Source: Eledone cirrhosa (taxonomy: Eukaryota). From it: DNA of 64,000 bases. The notes under the pieces are model-generated. The model saw only the letters and a program-made list of their open reading frames with translations, did no database searches and was not told the origin of the DNA. This document shows, piece by piece, positions 56,340 to 64,000 of the stretch (position 1 is the stretch's first letter; each line of letters begins with the position of its first letter). The translations under genes were made by a program, and so were the position numbers. Where the stretch lies: positions 8,370,001 to 8,434,000 of the forward strand of contig OZ024741.1 in NCBI GenBank assembly GCA_964016885.1. The letters are read 5' to 3'.

Positions 56340-56595
56340 GGTCTAAGATGTAAAATCTGTCTCGAATCCGAAGGCTCATCAGGCCGTAGCTTATCCCAGT
56401 TTCCGTTGCGTTAAGCGACTGAGAGTTAAAGACTCGCCCTGGACAGGACGCCAGTCCATCACAGGGTTAAAATCCCAGCTCATTGCAACGTGAAATGAAA
56501 TGTATTATTCAAAAACCCCACACGCAATCCAGTCAGGAATCGAACCAACGTCATTATGATCGTAAGTACAATACATACCACTAGGTCACGCACCT
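56340..56595 (-). mobile_element. Second tRNA-SINE family copy
   Basis: Minus strand has A-box-like TGACCTAGTGG and B-box GGTTCGATTCC. Confidence 0.55.
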
Positions 56596-56663
56596 CTACT
56601 GCTGGCTTTCGGCTTAATTTAGAAAGCATTATTGTTGTTATTGTTGTTGTTGTAAGGGAAGTG

Positions 56664-56849
56664 GGTTGGCAGTATCGGTAGAGCGTCGGACAACATGCTT
56701 TGCAGCATAGAATCCTTTATGATCTGAGATCAAATCCCGCCAAAGTTAACTTTGCCTTTCATCCTTACGGGGTCGATAAAATAAAGTACCTGTCACGCAA
56801 TTGTTGGCCTTGTGCCTATATAAGAAACCAATATTGTTGTTGTTGTTGT
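56664..56849 (+). mobile_element. tRNA-derived SINE (major family)
   Basis: Match to family consensus. Confidence 0.8.
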
Positions 56850-57036
56850 TTAATAGAATCAGTAATCCTTGTCTTGGCCATAATAAGTTGAAACCCAACC
56901 GAGGACTATAATATTTCTCCTCCTTCCGGGGTCGATTAAATAAAGTACCAGTAAAATACAGGGCTCGATGTAGTTGACAGTCCCTTCTTATGGGCTGGTG
57001 TTTATGACAGAAACCATCATTGACTGAAGCGATGGA

Positions 57037-57243
57037 TAGGCAGTAATCGGTAGAGTGTCGGACAACACGCTTTGTAGCATAGAGTTACGACCCTTTACGA
57101 TCCGAGTTCAAATCCCGCCGAGGTTAACTTTGCCTTTCAACCTTACGGGGCCGATAAATAAAGCACCAGTAATGTACTGGTATTGATTTAATCGACGTAC
57201 CCTCCTCCAAATTACTGGCCTTGTGCCTCTACTAGAAATTATT
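57037..57243 (+). mobile_element. tRNA-derived SINE (major family)
   Basis: Match to family consensus. Confidence 0.8.
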
Positions 57244-57244
57244 A

Positions 57245-58687
57245 TCTAAACTATAAAGTAAAGAGTACGGGACTGCGTCCAGAATATATTTTTTTTATCC
57301 CGTTTGTAAAATAAGTTGGATTACTTTGAATGAATAATGAATGAATATTACATAATTTATCTACTAAATTTCGTTATTCTTGATTAAAAATAAATAATTG
57401 TATTGCTTACTAGAAGTAAAGCCCGGCGTTGCTCGGGGTCGCTCAGTAGCTGTGTTAAAGTTACAATGTTAAGTTTCTTTTTTGGCTTAAAAACTGTAGT
57501 GTCTACTGTGCAGACTTGCATGTGGTGTTTTTGATTAATATTCCCTCAACCAACAATATGCCTTATGAAGTTAAGAAAACATAACGATAACCCGAATGTT
57601 ATAACAAAAGAGGATGCTGGGGATAAAAACTGCACTGGTTATTTATTAACAAAGATCGAAATGTAAACACTGCAATGCAGAGAAAAACATTAGCGTAACC
57701 AAATTATCAGTTATGTCTGTCTGCACGTCTATATCACCTCTCTGCACGACTGTCTGTCTGCACGCCTATATCACCTCTCTGCACGACTGTCTGTCTGCAC
57801 GCCTATATCACCTCTCTGCACGACTGTCTGTCTGCACGCGTATATCACCTCTCTGCACGACTGTCTGTCTGCACGACTGTCTGTCTGCACGCCTAACGAC
57901 GAAATATTTGCTTGTTTTACGTAGTCTTTAAATAGACTTGTTTTCAAGTAAAAATATTGTTTTAAAATGCTTTTAAATGGAAATGAAGCAAAACGGAAGC
58001 TTAGTGTTCGAACTGATGAATTTTGCAGGTCAATATTTTGCTGGCTCGACAACTGTTCGTGTATTGTGTTAATGTCATTTTAAACGCTGAGAAAGCCAGC
58101 GTAATTTTTTACGTAAGACGCTCAATGTAAACAGAACAAAGGGAAATAACTGATAACTTACGCTCAAAAATCGATACATTATATTCGATTTCGTCACATA
58201 GGGTGGGTCAATTTGAAATATTTTTTTCCGATGTCTTCGCTAGGGCTCAATGTACAAGTATAGCAATTTCGGTGCAATTCCGTGAGAGATTCTAAGAGGA
58301 GATGTGTGCCAAAAATCGATAGACAGACAGACAACCACAGTTTTATATATATAGATTTAAGGATTCCCTTCTTTAAAATGTTCAAATGTCACTTCCGGTT
58401 AGCGCCCGTTATATTATAACACTTATAAAAACATTCATATATTTCCGTCACTAATTTTCTCCTAATACAGTTTATATATAATATCGTCTTGTTTTAATGT
58501 ATCATGGATTACGTTACTGATTACATAAGAGAGTGTAACGCAGTCTTCGTTCAATTTCTGTGTATATTGTCAATTACGGTGTTATTTGATGTATCATATC
58601 TACATGTATATATACTTGCGTATAATATCAATATACACACTACACATACTAGTAGAAAAACCACCCGATTGGTGGTTTTCCTGCTAG
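57245..58687 (+). mobile_element. Helitron-like family A, copy 3, interrupted by a family B Helitron
   Basis: A|TCTAAACTATAAA start; AGAAAAACCACC-CGATT-GGTGGTTTTCCT hairpin plus GCTAG|T end. Confidence 0.75.
57410..58355 (-). mobile_element. Non-autonomous Helitron, family B, with internal 37-bp tandem repeats (57714-57893)
   Basis: A|TCTATATATATAAAA ... CCCGAGCAACGCCGGG-CTTTACTT-CTAG|T; AT target and no TSD. Confidence 0.88.
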
Positions 58688-58695
58688 TACATATC

Positions 58696-58872
58696 ATTGT
58701 TTCTACTTTTAGCACATGGCCAGCAATTGTCCCAGTACATTACTGGTACTTTATTTTATCGACCCCGTAAGGATGAAAGGCAAAGTTAACCTCGGCGGGA
58801 TTTGAACTCAGATCATAAAGGGACGTAACTCTATGCTTTAAAGCATGGTGTCCGACTCTCTACCGATACTGC
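58696..58872 (-). mobile_element. tRNA-derived SINE (major family)
   Basis: Match to family consensus. Confidence 0.85.
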
Positions 58873-58944
58873 CTAGTACATATAATACACTGGGATAATT
58901 GCTGGCTTTGTGCCAAAAGTAGAAATAATTATTACTTTTATTAG

Positions 58945-59129
58945 TGGATTGGCAATATCGGTAGAGCGTCAGACGCCATGCTTTGCAGCATAGAGTTATG
59001 GCCCTTTACTTTCTGAGTTCAAATCCCGTCGAGGTTAACTTTCATCCTTACGGGATCGATAAAATAAAGTACCAGTAATACACTGGGTGTGTGATGGCCT
59101 TGTGCCAAAAGTATAAACAATTATTATTA
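58945..59129 (+). mobile_element. tRNA-derived SINE (major family)
   Basis: Match to family consensus. Confidence 0.85.
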
Positions 59130-59169
59130 CTATCATATTGTGAAGAGAAGATGGCGTGGTGGTGTAACT

Positions 59170-59586
59170 AGATACAGGAAGGGGAGTGGGAGGTAAGATG
59201 GGTGTAAGGGTGGGGGTAGTGTGGGGTAGTGTGGGAGGAAGGGTGGGAGGAAGGGTGGAGGAGTAGGGTGGAGAAGTAAGGTGGGTGTGAGGGTGGAGAA
59301 GTAGGGTGGGTGTAAGGGTAGGAGGAAGGGTGGAGGAATGTGGTGGAGAAGTCCGGTGTGTGTAAGGGTGTGAGGAAGTGTGGAGGAGTAGGGTGGAGAA
59401 GTGGGGTGGGTGTGAGGGTGGGAGGATGGATTGAGGAGTAGGGTGGAAAAGGAGACTGGGTGTAAGGGTGGGGGGAAGGGTGGAGGAGTAGGGTGGAGAT
59501 GTAGGGTGGGTGTAAGGGTGGAGGAGTAGGTGGAGATGTAGGGTGGGTGTAAGGGTGGGAGGAAGGGTGGAAGAGTAGGGGCGGGT
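59170..59586. repeat. G-rich degenerate minisatellite (AGGGTGGAGGAGT-like)
   Basis: Directly visible. Confidence 0.8.
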
Positions 59587-60397
59587 AGTAATGAAGGGTT
59601 AATATGATAATTGGTAGATAATGTGAGTGATATGTTGACCTTAGAGTGTCGGGTCAGGTAGGATGAGTTTCATCTGTCTTTCTGCTTCCTTTTCTACTGA
59701 CCACTTGACCAATGTTACTATATACACACACATATACACACGTGCATACAAATACATACTCTCATATATATACATACGTATATATATACATACGTACATA
59801 TGGTGGCTGCCAACTCGTTTATATCCATGTAGGAGAACCCCTACTGATGCACTGAACGAGTGTGACTTTGTAGTCCAGCCAGCGACTTGAAAACTCTGGT
59901 ACAAACACTACACTACACTTGTGACAATTATTGACACATAGTGCTGGGCCCATGGTACCATGTGACGACAAGTGCAGAGAGATCTCCAGATATAAAGCAA
60001 TGCCTGTGCCGTGAATCTTTTATAGTGAGCAAAGGCACTGCACAAAGCCAGTCCCACTCTCTTAACCAAGATGATATTTACCAAAAAGAAGAACAAGTCA
60101 ACATCATTGGATACCATCAGAGTTGCAGGTGTTATATCAGAGTTTTCTTTCTCCTAGAATTCTGCCTTGACAAAGGCTAAGGGGTCATCTCTCCCGGTGA
60201 TTTTGGATGGCCATTGACTCTTAAGAGCTCCTTTGTCCTTTGACAGGTCTTGTTTTTAGTCCTGCAGGATGTCCAAAGACACCCTCCTCACCAAGAAGCC
60301 TTGGTGTGGTTGCCAGTTTAGTCGCCAACGACCCGACCATGAGGCAGGTTGTACTGTGATACATGTTACCAGTAGCACCAAGTGGTGACCTGACCAT

Positions 60398-61401
60398 ACG
60401 CATACATATACATACTTATATATATATATACGCGTACGCATACATATACATACTTACACATACACACATATATATATATATATATACGCGTACGCATACA
60501 TATACATACTTACACATACACACGTAGACATATACAAACATATACATATGTCCATATACACACATATATTTACACACTCATATATATATATATACACATA
60601 CATATATACACACACACACATATATATACACACAAACATACATATATAGACACACATATATACACGCACACATATATATAAACACACATATATATATACA
60701 CACACATATATATACACACACACACATATATACACACACATATATACACACACATATATATATACACACATATATATACGCACATATATATAAACACACA
60801 TATATATACACACACATATATATATATACATATATATATATATACACACACATATATATATACACACACATATATATACACGCACATATATATATACACA
60901 TATATATATATACACATATATATACACAGACACATATATGCACACATATATATATATACACATATATATATACACACACACATATATATACACACACACA
61001 CATATATATATACACACATATATATACACTCACACATATATATACGCACATATATATATACACACATATATACACACACACACATATATACACACATATA
61101 TATACAAAAACATATATATATACACACACATATATATATATATACGCACACATATATATACACACATATATATATACACACATATATATATACACACATA
61201 TATATACACACATATATATACACACATATATATCCACACTCACACATATATATATACACACATATATATACACGCACACATATATATATATATACACATA
61301 TATATATACACACATATATACACACACACATATACACACACACACATATATACACACACATTTATATATATACACATACATATATACACAGATATATACA
61401 C
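60398..61401. repeat. Compound (TA)n/(CA)n microsatellite
   Basis: Directly visible. Confidence 0.95.
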
Positions 61402-61680
61402 AGTCATGTACATCAACACAACACTCGTTTCATCTTTCACACCTCCTCCAATCACCCCCACTCCGACCCTCTACTTGTTATCTCCACCATAGAAACTTCC
61501 CTCCCCCACCCCAACACCAGTCACAGTCCCCCCCCCACTACAATGTCACCACTACAGCAGCCCCCGGTGAGGTGAGGGGGTTTAACCATTCTTATTAATG
61601 ATACATTATCTGTCATGTGAGCTGTAACACAGACGACATGTTATTGCTGAGGCAATAAACATATACACACACATATATAC

Positions 61681-64000
61681 ACCACCACCACCACCAACAA
61701 TAATAAAAATAACAATAACCACAAGCACAATAACAACAACCACAACAGTAACAACAATAACCACAACAACAACCACAACAGTAACAACAATAAGCACAAC
61801 AACAAGCACAATAACAACAAACGCAACAGTAACAACAATAACCACAACAACAACCACAACAGTAACAACAATAACAACAACAAGCACAACAGTAACAACA
61901 ATAACCACAACAACAAGCACAATAACAACAAACGCAACAGTAACAACAATAACCACAACAACAACCAAACAGTAACAACAATAACCACAACAACAACCAC
62001 AACAGTAACAACAATAACCACAACAACAAGCACAATAACAACAAACACAACAGTAACAACAATAACCACAACAACAACCACAACAGTAACAACAATAACC
62101 ACAACAACCACAACAGTAACAACAATAACCACAACAACAACCACAACAGTAACAACAATAACCACAACAACCACAACAGTAACAACAATAACCACAGCAA
62201 CCACAACAGTAACAACAATAACCACAACAACAACCACAACAGAAACAACAATAACCACAACAACAAGCACAATAACAACAAACACAACAGTAACAACAAT
62301 AACCACAACAACAACCACAACAGTAACAACAATAACCACAACAACAAGCACAATAACAACAAACACAACAATAACAACAACAGTAACAACAACAACAACA
62401 ACAGTAACAACGATAACCACAACAACAACCACAACAGTAACAATAATAACCACAACAACCACAACAGTAACAACAATAACCACAACAACAACCACAACAG
62501 TAACAACAATAACCACAACAACAAGCACAACAGTAACAACAATAACCACAACAACCACAACAGTAACAACAATAACCACAACAACAACCACAACAGTAAC
62601 AACAATAACCACAACAACAAGCACAATAACAACAACCACAACAGTAACAACAATAACCACAACAGTAACAACAATAACCACAACAACAAACACAACAGTA
62701 ACAACAATAACCACAACAACCACAACAGTAACAACAATAACCACAACAACAACCACAACAGTAACAACAACAACCACAACAACAAGCACAACAGTAACAA
62801 CAATAACCACAACAACCACAACAGTAACAACAATAACCACAACAACAACCACAACAGTAACAACAATAACCACATTAACAAGCACAATAACAACAACCAC
62901 AACAGTAACAACAATAACCACAACAACAACCACAACAGTAACAACAATAACCACAACAACAAGCACAATAACAACAAACACAACAGTAACAACAAGAACA
63001 ATAACAACAACCACAACAGTAACAACAATAACCACAACAACAACCACAACAGGAACAACAAGCACAATAACAACAACCACAACAGTAACAACAATAACCA
63101 CAACAACAACCACAACAGTAACAACAATAACCACAACAACAACCACAACAGTAACAACAAGCACAATAACAACAAACACAACAGTAACAACAATAACCAC
63201 AACAACAACCACAACAGTAACAACAATAACCACAACAACAACCACAACAGTAACAGCAATAACCACAACAACAAGTACAATAACAACAAACACAACAGTA
63301 ACAACAATAACCACAACAACAACCACAACAGTAACAATAATAACCACAACAACCACAACAGTAACAACAATAACCACAACAACAAGCACAACAGTAACAA
63401 CAATAACCACAACAACAAGCACAACAGTAACAACAATAACCACAACAACAACCACAACAGTAACAACAATAACCACAACAACCACAACAGTAACAACAAT
63501 AACCACAACAACAAGCACAACAGTAACAACAATAACCACAACAACAACCACAACAGTAACAACAATAACCACAACAACAACCACAACAGTAACAACAATA
63601 ACCACAAGCACAACAGTAACAACAATAACCACAACAACAAGCACAATAACAACAAACGCAACAGTAACAACAATAACCACAACAACAACCACAACAGTAA
63701 CAACAATAACCACAACAACCACAACAGTAACAACAATAACCACAACAACAACCACAACAGTAACAACAATAACCACAACAACAACCACAACAGTAACAAC
63801 AATAACCACAACAACAACCACAACAGTAACAACAATAACCACAACAACAAGCACAATAACAACAAACACAACAGTAACAACAATAACCACAACAACCACA
63901 ACAGTAACAACAATAACCACAACAACAACCACAACAGTAACAACAATAACCACAACAACAACCACAACAGTAACAACAATAACCACAACAACAAGCACAA
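61681..64000. repeat. AAC-rich 33/36-bp minisatellite (ACAGTAACAACAATAACCACAACAAC...)
   Basis: Directly visible; runs off the window end. Confidence 0.95.

Noticed and set aside
56060-56385. CUGAUGA cores on the minus strand at about 56075 and 56378
   Set aside because: No properly placed stem II-GAAA-stem III-UH or stem I partner.
59800-60400. Possible 5' end of an RTE-type LINE
   Set aside because: Only a general resemblance; no endonuclease motif could be read with confidence.
61613-64000. Hydrophobic Leu/Val ORFs of about 790 aa
   Set aside because: Reverse translation of the AAC-rich minisatellite.

Overview
Eukaryotic, repeat-saturated animal DNA. The SINE family, LINE repertoire, microsatellite density and TTAGGG repeats suggest a mollusc such as octopus; this is inference only. 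No host protein-coding gene can be confidently called, and all very long ORFs (poly-P/V/T/H, CV, IY) are micro/minisatellite artefacts. Real coding remnants are retrotransposon fragments: CR1-like RT, L1/Tx1 RT, RTE RT with a PHD-like finger, a Penelope GIY-YIG endonuclease and a CRE/R2-type restriction-like endonuclease. There are also about 12 copies of one tRNA-derived SINE, nested non-autonomous Helitrons and a mariner MITE. The main hidden signal is non-coding: at least a dozen minimal type I hammerhead ribozyme motifs from several sequence-unrelated families, mostly next to (TA)n tracts. Three sit in head-to-tail units of about 466, 319 and 529 bp that look like non-LTR retrozymes or Penelope pseudo-LTRs. 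They show stem II covariation, a compensatory U3-A8 core variant, a recurrent CCGAUGA core, fold-backs starting at the predicted cleavage site, a shared downstream TTGAGTACT motif, and one unit joined directly to a (TTAGGG)n array. All structures were read by eye; no folding or database search was run.
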